Translations under genes and position numbers: made by a program | Notes under the pieces: model-generated | Seen by the model: only the letters and a program-made list of their open reading frames with translations | What the model was told of the DNA's origin: nothing | Databases searched by the model: none | Assembly (NCBI GenBank): GCA_965645245.1 | Contig: OZ287086.1 | Coordinates: 1,302,001-1,366,000 of the forward strand | Length of the DNA stretch: 64,000 bases | Origin: Massalongia carnosa | Lineage: Eukaryota | Direction: 5' to 3' | Part shown: positions 22,978 to 36,340 of the stretch, in pieces | Numbering within the stretch: the first letter of the stretch is position 1 | How the letters are laid out: every line of letters starts with the position of its first letter

Positions 22978-25825
22978 TATCGGTCTTGGCAACCTCCGTG
23001 CCTCCGACTGAAACTAGTAAGGAGGCTAATCTTGAGCGGGTTCCTTGTATTCGATATCCGGTCCGTTTGAGGAAGGATCAAGACGAGGTAGAAGCTTTGA
23101 TAGATTCCGGCAGCGAGGTCAATGCAATGCACCCCGCTTATGCCGCGAAACTAGAGCTTCGTGTTAGGGAAACAGATGTTGGGGCGCAGAAGATTGATGG
23201 ATCTCACCTGGATACCTTCGGTATGGTTATCGCAGGGTTCTCGGTCGAGGATAAGCTAGGGAAGGTTCGATTCTTCCAGGAAACCTTCTTGTTGGCTAAT
23301 ATTAGCCTGGAGGTGGTCCTGGGAATGCCTTTTCTTACACTCAGCAGTGTGGATATACGGTTTCCAGAGCGAGAGCTTGCCTGGAGAACTTACACAGCTG
23401 CCGAGGCTTTACCAACAACCAGACGTGTGGAGATCATCGATAAGGAAGAGTTCGCGGAGACGGTCCTTGGAGGAGACGATGAGGCATATGTGGTGCATGT
23501 AATGGCCGTAAGCAAGCCATCGTCCATGCCGATCCACGCCTCTCGCCAGGCCCAAGTAGCCTCGCTAGTGAGCGAGGAGGCCAATATCCCCGTTGAATAT
23601 TCCGACTTCTCTGACGTTTTCTCCCCTGACTCTGCAGCGGAACTACCGGAGCACACCGGCTTTAACGACCATCCTATCGATCTAGTAGTTGGTAAGCAGC
23701 CACCTTATGGCCCAATCTACAGCTTAGGTCCTATGGAACTAGAGACACTGAAAACCTACATTGAAACCAATCTAGCCAGCGGTTTTATTAGGCCTTCTCA
23801 GTCTCCGGCTGGTGCTCCTATACTGTTCATCCGCAAAAAGGACGGGAGTCTCCGCCTGTGTGTTGATTATCGAGGACTCAATACTCTGACGATCAAGAAT
23901 CGGTACCCGTTACCCTTGATTGGAGAGTCGCTTGATCGACTAGGCCGTGCCAAGCGGTTTACGCAGCTAGATCTCACGAACGCGTATCATCGGATGCGAA
24001 TTCGAGAGGGTGATGAATGGAAGACAGCCTTTAGGACTCGATATGGTCACTTCGAGTATCAGGTTATGCCCTTCGGCCTTTCCAATGCCCCAGCTAGTTT
24101 CCAGGGCTATATCAACAAAATTCTAGCAGAGAAACTCGACGTCTTTGTCATCGTATACTTAGATGACATCCTGATCTATACCGAGGACGTAGGCCAAGGC
24201 CATGTTGAGGCTGTTAAGTGGGTCTTGGAGAATCTCCGAAAAAACGGACTCTTTGCCAATCTAAAGAAGTGCCGTTTTCATCAAGATGAGGTTCGCTTCC
24301 TAGGCTACGTTGTCTCTGGCCAAGGAATTCGTATGGAAGAGGAAAGGATTGAAGCTGTCACGAACTGGCCAGAACCCAAGTCAGTACGAGACGTCCAGGT
24401 GTTTATGGGATTCGCCAAATTCTACCGGCGGTTCATCCGGGGGTTCAGCAAGATTGCTGCTCCACTCACCTCAATGCTCAAAACGAACTTGGTCGCCAAC
24501 ACTGGGCCATCCCCAAAGGCGAGGCGCGGAGCGGAAGAATCTTGTTTTCTAACTCCTGCCGCTAAGATAGCCTTTGCCCAATTAAAGCAGGCGTTCACTG
24601 AAGCACCGATCCTCCGACATTTTGACCCCGAGCGCCACATCCGACTTGAGACGGCCTCGGGTTACGCCATAGGTGGCGTTCTTAGCCAGCTGGATATCGA
24701 AACCAGCCAATGGCACCCAGTAGCGTATTTTTCTCGGAAAATGATTCCTGCGGAAACTCGTTACGAAACTCACGATGAGGAACTACTGGCCATCGTTGAA
24801 GCCTTTAAGAATTGGAGGCATTATCTCGAAGGTTGTAAGCATGAAGTTCTCGTGCTTACAGACCACAACAACCTGCGGCGATTTATGGATACGAAGAGTT
24901 TAAGCCCCCGCCAGGTTCGCTGGGCGCAAGAACTCTCTCGTTACAATTTCCGCATCGATTATCGTCAAAGCAAGGCTAATGGAGCTGCCGATGCTTTATC
25001 TCGCTATCCTCAGAGGAGCCAAGGCGAAGAGGAAGTGCTTCGAGCTGAGAATACTCGAATCCTTCACCGATTGCAGTCCTCACTGACCAGCGCCAGCATC
25101 TCTGGTATCACTAGTACTCAGCATCTCACCCCTCCACACCACGTCATCATCTGCGGAACGCACGTCTTCCCTCAACTACGTCAGTTTTGGGATACGCTCC
25201 GCCAAGACTTGACCTCTGAAGGTCCTTACAAAGTCAGCATTGGTGGCATGAGGTTGAGGTTGCAGGAGTTGCAAGAGGAAGATACCCAAGCTCAGATGAT
25301 TAGAGCAGAGAAGCTTGGAAAAGATGGCTGGGAAGACACCGATGGGATTTTGCATTATCAAAGCAAGCCTACAAGCTGGAGCTTCCAAAGCGGTGGCGCA
25401 TCCATGATGTCTTTCATGTATCACTGCTGGAGCAGGACACCACAAGGAAGGGGCGGGTGGACGAGAAGATCGCGGAACAGCTGGAATTCGAAGCTGGTAA
25501 CGATGAGGAATACGAGGTTGAAGGCATTTTGGATAGCGCGGTCTACGCCAAGGAGTCAGAAGCTGGCCGCCTGCCAGGCCTCTACTATCTGGTCTCCTGG
25601 AAGGGCTATCCAGAGGATGAAAGTACGTGGGAACCGGCGGCAGCGATCAAACACCTACGGAAGATCGTCAAAGCCTACCATGAGGGTAACCCCACCAAGC
25701 CGACAGCAACCTCTCCTCCTATTGACACCGCACCGCCAATGGCTAAGCCGGCCGTTAAGCCTCAAGGCAAGAGGAAACGCGGCCGACAAGCTACCAGCAC
25801 TCGGAGCAAGAAGGCGAAGAAGTAG
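22941..25825 (+). pseudogene. pol: Gypsy Pol (PR-RT-RNase H, integrase deleted, chromodomain in shifted frame)
   Basis: LIDSGS protease, YLDD RT, RNase H; jumps from DGILHYQ to QAYKLELP..HDVFHVSLLE; chromodomain YEVEGILD..YLVSWKGY..STWEP. Confidence 0.9.
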
Positions 25826-28309
25826 AAGCCTCGGGGTTTCTCTCCTGCCACTTGCTATGGAATCTAGGATCGGTTTTCCCTTCGTTTTCCCGTTATCTTA
25901 TCAGGGTTTAAGGGTTTTTCATCGATCTTGAGAAGTCGGTTTTCCCTACGTTCTCCCGTTGTCTTATCAGGGTTTTAGGGTTTTTCATCGATTTCGATAA
26001 AGTCGGTTTTCCTCCTCAGTTCCCACTGGGTTAGGAGGTTTTTCATTGACTTCGGAGGCCGGTTTTCCTCCTTGCTATCATACAAGGAAGGAGGTTTTTC
26101 ACCGCCTGCCATACACATCATACCACCCACCTAACGTGTCGTTACTATCTACTACACGCTCGGCGGAGCTCGCGTCCTAGAGGGGAGGCAATTGTAATAC
26201 GGATGGCGCTAGAGGGATACGTGATCGCCTATGGCGGTTGCGGGATTAACTAGCGTGGACCATGCCGTAGTACGAAGTCGCATAAGCCGTCGAGGCTGAC
26301 ACGCTGACACACTGCCATCTTGCCCCGAAACTTCGGAGTTATTGTTATCACGTTCTTGACTACTTACAGATCAAACACCTGTCGAGGCCGTGGTGGTAGA
26401 TTGCCATGGAGTGTAAGGCGGACTCCTGTGGAGACGCCAAGGAACTCTATATGGGATCTACTGGCCTACTCGGAGCTACTGGATCTCTTGATGGTTCAAG
26501 AGAGGTAGCAGGAGGCACGGCTCGCTGGACGCAGCTTGAGCTAGGCTCCCCGGTGTAAACTTCAGCTTCAACCTTTATTACTACGTTGGTAGTGATGTCG
26601 GCTGAATGAACCTACATGACCTCGTTGTCTAGACCTTGTGTCTAGAGGCAGGTCCGCAGTGTAGCGAGGTATTCAGTCGGAGGTAACCTTCCATCACTAG
26701 GTAGTGGTGACGGCGAAATGAAGCTACATAGCCTGAGGCATGTAGTGAGGGATCTAGCCGGGGGTAGAATTGTTCTACCTTGCAAGGGAAGGTCTAGAAG
26801 GCTGCTCGAGGCTGACTAGATGATCCAGCGAACGCCGAGTTCGTGGATGGATCCTGAGGGATGGTTGGATGTAATGCGATAAAGTCGGATGTGGATTGCA
26901 AGGCTGTAATGCTCGCAAGACTCCCAAGGCTTGCAAGGCTCCTAAGGTTCCAAGGCTCCCAAGGCTATAGGCTTGGGGTGAGTAGGATAAATATCAGAAC
27001 GAATCTTGTAGTATTCGTTAGCAATTAGTCTTTATTCTATGAACAACCTACGTTTGGGTCTCGGACGAGATCTCTTGGTCTAAGCACTTCCACATCCATT
27101 AGTTCTTTGGATCACGTATACTCTCGGAGACTAGCACGTAGTAGCTATCTTCCTCCTCTCACGCTGAGCATTTCCCCTTTCGAGATCAGTGTCGCTCGTG
27201 ATAAGCTTACTGGTCTCGTAGCCCATTACAGCGCAGGAAAGAAAGCCTTGTAAATGGTTTCCCAATATATCTAGATGCTAGCAACGAAGGGGGAAGCAAG
27301 ACGTCAACAGAAATAAACAGGAAAGCAATAATTCCGGGCGTCGAAGTGACACAAATTAACCGCAGTCCAATGTAGACCATATGCCGATATGCCCATTTAT
27401 TTCTGCGCAATTAGCTGAAATATTCAGTGACATCTGGAACAAGGTCAAACATGGACCACAGGACAGGTCGCTATTATGATTTGTATCTAAGCATAATGAG
27501 CATAAAACATGAGCAATAGGCCGAATGATATTATAAATATAGAGATCTCGAGATCGAGAATTACGTATGCTACTGTGTAGGCTTTCAAAGAAACGAAAAA
27601 TTGGTATATGAGATAAATAATCAAAATCAAGATATTTTCTCCGCTCTTACTTCGCAGTAAGAGGTTGCATCGATTTGTGTAACAGTATAGCGTAGCATCT
27701 ACGAGAGGTCTCTCACTACCCAGAGCTGACCCAAAATTCTCTAGGGACACATGAGCCTCAAATGCTTGAGCTTTCGGATTTTCTGCCTTCTTGATCCTTT
27801 GAGCGTTGGGGTATCGTATGATGCGCTATTGTGGATGAATAGATCACTAGAGACGTGTCATCTCCATTCAGAGGAGAATGGTCAATGGCGAGATTAAGTT
27901 CTGTGGAGTAATGCCCACATCCCTTCCGCAAAGAATTTGGTGTTCGGAAACCTTGAGCCACTCACTCACGGCAACTTTATCGACGCAAAAAAATGTCGGC
28001 GCTCGCAGATGGGATGATTTTGGATGGTGATTATGCGGCTGCTCCCATAACAGTTTAACACGGAGTGTGGCCGAGGCGAGAAAGTGTTGGCATGATGTGT
28101 GATGCTAAATTAGGGACCAGTTACGCGCCCCACGGCAGCTTATTGGCAGAGCACAATTTTTGATCATCACTTGTTGTCGACGATAGGGATAGTCGAGGAT
28201 GCATGACTTGTACGCGCCAACAATCAAGTCCTACCCCTCCTTCCAATGCATGTATCCTGAATCCTTTCTATTTTATTCCGCTAATGGAATATCCAAACCT
28301 CATTTTCAC

Positions 28310-28740
28310 GTTGAGGCTAATTACTGAACACGCGATCGAGCGGGGTCTCCAAAATCAGGAATGACAGGATGTCCGGGGGAGAAATGATTCGAAAAAGTTC
28401 TATTCTTAAAGATATGCAGCCTCATTTCTAGCTCAACGCTATCGACCTTTTCATCTGTAAGAGCCTTGATCATAGTTAGCTCTTCGTCAGTCGCTAGCTT
28501 CATGATAATCTGTTGCCCAGTTTCTGTATGCTCCTTGCTGATGAATTCCCAGGCCACCTTGAAGAACTTCTCCATCTCCACAACTTGAAACCGCGTATTC
28601 TGTCTTGATATAAGGAACATCCACTCTCGGAAGCCAGTTTCGAGTTCGGTCTGCGGTCGTGATCTAGCGGTAGACTGTGATGGTTTTGTATTAACGCTGT
28701 TCTTACTCATCACAGCTTCGTGCGAGAACTTGCACTACTA
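28310..28740 (-). pseudogene. Remnant resembling the N-terminus of fungal NFX1-type zinc-finger (ZNFX1-like) helicases
   Basis: CKFSH, QQIIMKLATDEEL..IKAL and frameshifted IISPPDILSFLILETP recalled from that family; unverified. Confidence 0.35.
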
Positions 28741-29214
28741 TCATTTAAAGTAAGGCAAAGCTATAGAAAGCACGAAAGATTATCACTAGAGGCAATGCTA
28801 TGGTAAAGCTCTCTTCTAGTAGTGCAAGGCTCTTACGGGGTTAGTTAGTGTCTTTGCATTTCAGTGTGTGCTGTCAATAGAGAATTCTTATCTTTTTGAC
28901 CAGATACGGTTTAGCTAGAATCCAGCGGAGTATTCAAGGATTTGATTCATCTTTCTTCTTCATTTATCATCAGCACTTGTTATTAATAGACTTCATCCTT
29001 AAATCCTCCGGTGACCAAAAGTTCTTTTCCAACCCTCCTTCATGAGATCCTTTTCCGAACCCCCCCCCCAATCTTTAAATCCTGAGCGTCGTAAATGAAA
29101 CATTTCATAGACTCATCCGTGTTTTACGAAAAATTTTACACTCAATATAACGGAGACAAGCGTCTCGCGAATGAAGCTTTTCATAAAAGTTAAAGTTAAA
29201 TATTATCGCTAAAG

Positions 29215-29660
29215 TGGGTGAGGACTAGTAGGGCTTTAAAAAGCGTAGGGAGTGAAAGAGAGTAGGGACTGAAAGATTATGGACGTTGAAAGAGAGTGAA
29301 GACTGAAAGAGAGTAGATACTGGAAGGGAGTAGGAATTCAAAAATCATAGGAACTGGAAGAAAGTAGCGACTGAAAGGGAGTAGGGACTGGAAGTGGGTA
29401 GGAATTAGACGAGTGTAAGGACTGAAAGGGAGTAGTGATTGAAAAGGAATATGGACTAAAAAGCCCCAGTCATTTCAAAGCCTTGGGCGTGTTTCTTGGC
29501 TAGGGACTTTATTTTCCCAGAGCTTTTATTCTCCCAGGGTTTTCGTTTCCCTACTCTTTTCGTTTCCCGAGGGAATGAAAGCCCTGGGGAAATAAAGTCC
29601 CTGAGGGGACAAAAGCCCTGGGGGAATAAAGTTCGTAAGGAGACATAACTCGTGGGATCA
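29215..29660. repeat. Array of about 17-bp GACTGAAAGAGAGTAGG units plus AAAGCCCTGGG units; partial copy at 40500-40603
   Basis: Seen directly. Confidence 0.75.
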
Positions 29661-29767
29661 AACTCCTAGAAATGAAATTCTTAAAGTACAGACCAAAATT
29701 AAAGCAAAAATCTAGATTAATCTAATTGTACTCCACGCCTCTTTAATTACTGATTGCCTTTCCTTTT

Positions 29768-32700
29768 TGTTGAACAAAAAATCAACCAGGCATACGGCAG
29801 CGGGATGCAGGAGAAGAGGGTCTAGGGCTTTCAAGGATAGGCAAAGAGAAGTGCTTGGCAAATGTGATGCAGGTACTCCGTATTTCCAGTGAAGATACTC
29901 CAAATTTAGCTATCTGCTGAACTGAATTCTGAACGACTGAATAGCTAAATTACATGAGGAATCATCGTCTCTTTATACTGCTTGAGGGCCTCCATCTCGG
30001 CCTATATCAAATGCATGAACCTGCTTCCTTTGAACCTTTTCAGCTGGGCAAAATACACCTCGTTGCTGACCGGAGACACCGAGACACTCAGTGATCATGA
30101 ACAGCTGAATTGCCTCCGAAATGTAGCATTCTTGTTGCATACTTTTGCCTCCTCGTAGTTGCCGAAGTCGTGCCGATATCTGAAGCTTTTCGCATATAGC
30201 ATATGATTGCCTAATCTGGAAATTAGTAAGCAGGAGGCAAAAGAACCTCGGTCGCAAATATTCAGGTATCTCGGCAAATTCCAATACTCCCACTCCGAGT
30301 ATCTGAATGGCTTCATACCCTCGCATGCCCAAAAACGAATTAAAAGAAATCCTCCGCGTTCTGCCCATCTGAACACGATGCTCAGGTAGGCCATGGGCCC
30401 TCGTGGGCCGATGTGGTTGCGATAAACTATCGCTAACTCTCTAGGTTTCCTTCATACCTAGTAGAGCACGTCCGCGTTCAAAAGCCGCCTTGGTCAAAGG
30501 CTTTGTTAGAATATCAGCTGCCATCTCGTTGGTGGGAACATAGCTGATTTGGATAAGTCCATCCTCCACTACCTCGCGAATGTAGTGATATTGCACATCG
30601 ATGTGCTTCGTACGTGAGTGGTTTTCGGGGTTTCTGACGAGTGCAATGGCCCCTTGATTATCACACCGAAGTTCGATGGCTCCTCTCTCTCTAATCCCAA
30701 GTTGCTGTAGCCAGCGACCTGCCCAAACGAGCTGTTTTGAAGCCTGGCATTGCGAAACGTATTCGGCTTCAGTGGTTGAGGTAGAAACAGTGCGTTGTTT
30801 CTTGCTGGTCCAGATGCATGCTGAATTTGCAAGAAGCAAAGTCATGCCATGTGTGGATTTTCGATTTTCCGAGGAATCGGCATAAGCCGCATCCGCGTAC
30901 CCTATGGGGGTGTTGCCTTTCGGGCTAGGGCCATAGACTAGGCCTAAGCTTGCAGTGCCTTTCAAATACCTAATTACTCTATCCAACGCAACTCGATGCT
31001 TTACACCTGGATCGTGACTGAATTGACTTAACTTGCCAATTGCAAAGGCTATGTCAGGTCTGGTACTTGTCATGGCATACATTAGACTTCCTATCCTTTT
31101 CTGATACTCCAGTTGGTCGGTCCTGGGTTCCGTGGGGGTGGCGGCAGTCAGTGCTGCATATCCATCAATAGGAGTTGAAACTGGGTGTGCATTTTCCATC
31201 CCATATTTCGAAATGAAGTTGTTGATGTACACTGACTGATCTAGTGTTAGATTTCTAGATTTTCGGTTCCTCCGCACTCGCATTCCCAGGATATGGTCCA
31301 CCTCTCCCAAATCCTTCATCTTATACTCCCGTTTTAGCTGTGCCTTGACTGCATTGATGCGGGATATTTTGGCGGCAAAGATGAGAAGATCATCGACGTA
31401 TACTGAGATAATGACGCCGGCTTGGAGGTTTATGAACACACAATTGTCGGCTGAGATTGGTTCGAATCCAATGGATCTCAGATACCTTCTGAACTTTCTG
31501 CTCCAGATTCGGCCGGATTGCTTGAGACCATAAAGACCTTTTTGCAGTAGAAGGGCCTTATTTTTTCCGTTCGGAACATCCATTCCCTCTGGTATTTCCA
31601 TGTAGATTTCTTCTTCCAACTCACCTTCTAAATAGGCATTTGAAACGTCCATTTGATGTGCTTCCAGGTTCAGTAACGCAGTAATTGCCATTAACATTCT
31701 CAGAGATTCGAACCTTAAGGTGGGTGCAAATGTCTCTTCGTAATCAATGCCATATTTCTGACTGAAACCTCTAGCACAAAGTCTGGCCTTGAACCGCTCA
31801 ATAACTGCGGCGGATGTGTATTTGATTTTGAACACCCATTTCGAAGTTATTAGCTCACGGTTTTTCGGCCTCGGCACGATGATAAACGTGCGTTTCCACC
31901 GCAGCGCTTCCAGCTCTTCTTCCGTTGCCCCCCTCCATTCACGGCGATTTGGTCCAGTCATGGCTTCCTTATAGGTAGCCGGTTCAGGCAATCGAGCTAT
32001 ATAAACGATAGCCATTGGTGCTTTTGACTTATCAAATGCCTTGGAGTCATACGGCTTTTTCGTGCGTCTTGACCGGGAAGATGCTGCGGAAACAAGCTGT
32101 TGATTTTTCGGTGGGAGCGTGGCTTTCTGCCCCCTTTTTGAATTCTGTGCTGGCTCTGGCGAAGTTCGCCCAGTAGTCGGCAGACCTTCGAATTCTGGCG
32201 CTCGGATTTCAGTTTCCGAGGTCTCGTTTCCTTCTTCTTGATTTCCCGGAGTTTCGCGATTTCCGGGAATATCGCCTTCATTCAGTGAGGGATTCTCTGC
32301 ACCCTCAATACTTTCTCCGGGAACATTATCGCCTAGAACTATTGCGTCGTCATTTTCTAGGTTTGATGTTCCCTGAAACTCTAAGGCTGTCTCAGGGTTG
32401 GTAAGTTTGTGCGTAGGAACTCCTTGTTCCTCATCCGGTTCGTAGTCCGAATCTGCAACATCTAACTCCCACTCACCCGGTTCCACTGGTGCGTTCAGTA
32501 AAGGGCCTCCTGGCCAATCCTCGAAAAACTTCACTGAGGTATGTACTCCCACTGTTTTCGTATCAGGATTATGCACCTTATACTGTCTTGATGACCGGAA
32601 TCCAACGAGAATTCCCTGATGGGATACCTTATCCATCTTCGCACGAGTTTCGCTAGGAACGTGCACGTGTACGAGGCATCCATAGGTCCTTATATGGCCT

Positions 32701-35700
32701 ACCTCTGGCTTCTTCTGGTGCCACATCTCATATGGGGTCTTCATATCAAACCGCTTCGACGGAAGCCGATTCTTCAGATAATTGGCAGACAGTACTGCGT
32801 CCCCCCAAAATGACCTAGGCAACCCAGACCACATCTGCATCGCTGATACCATCTGCATCAGCGTTCTATTGAGTCTTTCTGCAACCCCATTCTGCTCAGG
32901 GGTATAGGCCGTGGTAAACTCCACCACTATTCCTTCCGGCAATATCGTTCTAGCCAGTTTTTCATACTCCAAAGCGTTATCACATCGCAAGGTCCTGATT
33001 CGCTCCCCTGTCTCGATCTCGGCACGATTTTTGAACATCCGAAAGAGCTTTTCTAGCTCGCTCCTGGCCCCGAGGTAAACATCCGAGTAGCCGGTGGCTT
33101 CGTCGGTGAAGGACACAAAATACTTGGTCCCCTGGTTATTGGGCACCCGATATGGACCCCAAAAGTCTGAATAGACTCGTTCCAGACGGCGGGTAGCCCG
33201 TTCTGGTGGGTTTCGGTTGATTATTCGAGTCATTTTCGTCTGAGTACATGTGATGCATTTGCATTCCTTCTCATGGTCATGTAACTTGGCTCCCACTCCA
33301 TTAGTGGCTTCATGGAGACAGTGAGTCTGTATGCTCCCACGTGCCCCATGCGGCCATGCCATAGTAGGTATCGGTCTCTTTCTAATTGGGACCGAGTGCT
33401 AATTGCTTTTTTGTTGTCTTTTGCATTTTCTGGCATTCTTGGCAAATTCTGATTTCCGGACGATCTTTCGCTGATATTTGGATCAGAAGTAATAGGGATT
33501 TCTTCCTCGGGATCCTCAGTGGCTATCAGGGCCACTCCGCTTCCTGCGGATCGGAGCAGGTACGTTTTTCCCACCAAAAACCCGGTGGCGAGGCAGGTAC
33601 CTCTCCTCAAAATTTCGACGCAACTCAATCCAAACCTCACAATCATTCCTCTAGCTTGTAATGCCGAAATTGACAACAAATTCGCATCCAGCTCAGGTAC
33701 GTATAACACTTCTGTGAGTTTGAACTTCTTATCCTCCAGCTCCACAGCCACATCACCTTTACCAGGTGATTTAATCTTTACCCCATTAGCTATCGTCACC
33801 CAACTTACCTGCAGTGTAAAGTTTGTGAATAGCTTCCGATTGGCCGTCATATGGCGACTGGCCCCTGAGTCAATAATCCACTCATTCGGGGGTATTACTT
33901 TGGAAGTGAGTTTTGCCACTCTAGCAAAACTCTTAGGGGAGGAGCACTTCTGGGAAGTGCGATAGCGCGCCCCATTGTTGACGTAGTCGGTGTAATCCTC
34001 ATGGTCGCTCTGGTCCACGTGGTCAATGGCCATGCGACCGTACACTGACTCGTCGTCGCTATCCTCACTGTCGCTGTCCCTTGTGCCGGATGCTTTGCGT
34101 GCAAGGTGACCTCCTCGGCCCTTGCCACGTCTGCCATCCCTTAACTTTTCCTCTCCCTTACCTCCGTCCTTGGCTTTCTTGCCCTTTGATTGGGCCGTGC
34201 TGGCGGTATCTTCATTGTAGGCCTTGCCTTCGTCACTGGCAAGCCATTCAAAACACTTGGTTTTCACGTGACCAGGTTTCTTGCAGTGGTAACATTTCCC
34301 CTTAAACTTATAGGGCTTGGCGGAGACCTTATTAGCGATTTCATAGGGGGTCCCCGCGTTATCTCTGGCCATCTGCTCGATTTCCTTATATTTTTCAATC
34401 ACCTTCCGAAACGTGAGGTTTTCCAAGTCGTTTAATTGCAATTTCACCGCATTATACCGCTCGTGATCCACCGAATCCATTAGGACTAGGGCCATCATGA
34501 TATCGGATGGCTTCACCTCTGGGTTGATGTTTGCGATGATATCCCTCATATCTTCTAGCTCTGCTGCAGTCTCATCCACTCCTTCCTCTGCCTTGGCCTT
34601 ATACGTATGAAATCGGCGGAGCATGGGGACCAAGCGTGTCCTAGAGTCTTTGCCGTGAATTTCCTTTTGGGCATCCCATACCCCTTTGGCAGATTGCTGC
34701 AGTTGCACATGCTTCTGCTGCCTTTCATCCATGGCTCCCATGAGGATGGTGATTGCTGTGGCGTCATCAAAGATCCACGAGTCTCTATCCAAAGGCATGC
34801 TTCCTGGTGGTTCGAGTATCTCTCCACTGACTACTTTCCAGAGCCCTTTGGCAATTAAGTGCACCTTCAAAAGGTGGGACCACAGCCTGTAGTTGTCGCT
34901 AGTAAGTTTTGGCAGTTTTACTTCACCTTTCACACCGGCACCCCTTTTATATCCCCCATCAATGGCTGTCATAGCCGCTAGGCCCTTGTCCTTTGATGAG
35001 GAGGCCTTGCTAGCCTCGGGGGTGGTGGATGCCCTCATGGCACCTCCGGTATCTTGGCTGTCTTCTGAGGCAGACATTTTGGTGGTGAAGGAGTCGTCCT
35101 ATTCGAGTGCCGAAATGGATAGCTAGGAGTTCAAACAAGCACACGGGCTATATCCCCTAAGATAAAAGATCTAGTGATAAATACTCCTGGATTTGAATAG
35201 AGTGCTATCCGGGCTCATAACCTGTTGAACAAAAAATCAACCAGGCATACGGCAGCGGGATGCAGGAGAAGAGGGTCTAGGGCTTTCAAGGATAGGCAAA
35301 GAGAAGTGCTTGGCAAACGTGATGCAGGTACTCCGTATTTCCAGTGAAGATACTCCAAATTTAGCTATCTGCTGAACTGAATTCTGAACGACTGAATAGC
35401 TAAATTACATGAGGAATCATCGTCTCTTTATACTGCTTGAGGGCCTCCATCTCGGCCTATATCAAATGCATGAACCTGCTTCCTTTGAACCTTTTCAGCT
35501 GGGCAAAATACACCTCGTTGCTGACCGGAGACACCGAGACACTCAGTGATCATGAACAGCTGAATTGCCTCCGAAATGTAGCATTCTTGCTGCATACTTT
35601 TGCCTCCTCGTAGTTGCCGAAGTCGTGCCGATATCTGAAGCTTTTCGCATATAGCATATGATTGCCTAATCTGGAAATTAGTAAGCAGGAGGCAAAAGAA

Positions 35701-35741
35701 CCTCGGTCGCAAATATTCAGGTATCTCGGCAAATTCCAATA
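29768..35741 (-). mobile_element. Ty1/copia retrotransposon, full length, young
   Basis: 519-bp LTRs 29768-30286 and 35223-35741 (2 transitions seen), TSD CTTTT, PBS GGTTATGAGCCC, PPT GGAGTGGGAG. Confidence 0.95.
30441..35077 (-). CDS. Copia Gag-Pol with one frameshift near 33320
   Basis: CYHCKKPGHVKTKC, WIIDSGAS, WHGRMGH, integrase PEQNGVAER, YVDD, RNase H RTKHIDV. Confidence 0.92.
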
Positions 35742-36340
35742 CTTTTCACTCGCTTTTTCCAAGTCGGTTCTTTTCTTCGCCAACCAGCCTACGGATGTCT
35801 TGATCAGAAAAGTCAACAGTGCTCTTGAAGCAGCTAAGGCGTCAAATCCCATCTATGAAGTATTCCGGGGAACTTGTGTCGCGATCCGAATCTACGCCGA
35901 CAAGACTGAATCCGCTTACATCACCAGCCTGGCCGAACATCGATACCGCGAGACAACAGCGCGTGCGAAAGGAGACGAAAAGATGTATCTCGCTGAAGTC
36001 GTGGACGCACCTCATACTTCTTTCCATCATCGTCGATAAGGGATGCTCTTCCATTCCGAAAGTGGTTTAGCACGATTAGGGTAACTATTAGTAGCAATAA
36101 ACACGTCATACGATCTAAACCGAAAAGAGTTTAATGTGCTGTTGGCAGTTGCATTATAGTAACTGTTTAAGCATCTCGTTAAGCCTGGGCTTGACGTTTT
36201 CGGCCTTATATGGATATCATTCAGCCGCGCAACAATAACAGCTTGACTGATGCTTTCTATACCACTCATTTCCAAAGCCAGCCTCTGCACATTCCTACCA
36301 GGCTAGTTGTACAAGTCGAAGAAAGCTAGGACCTTCTATC

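Larger units (their letters stand above)
20698..27230 (+). mobile_element. Ty3/gypsy chromovirus, young, integrase core deleted
   Basis: 1038-bp LTRs 20698-21735 and 26193-27230 nearly identical, TSD GCGCA, PPT AGAGGGGAGG. Confidence 0.95.

Noticed and set aside
29973..30394. ORFs duplicated at 35428-35852
   Set aside because: They lie within copia LTRs; no evidence of coding function
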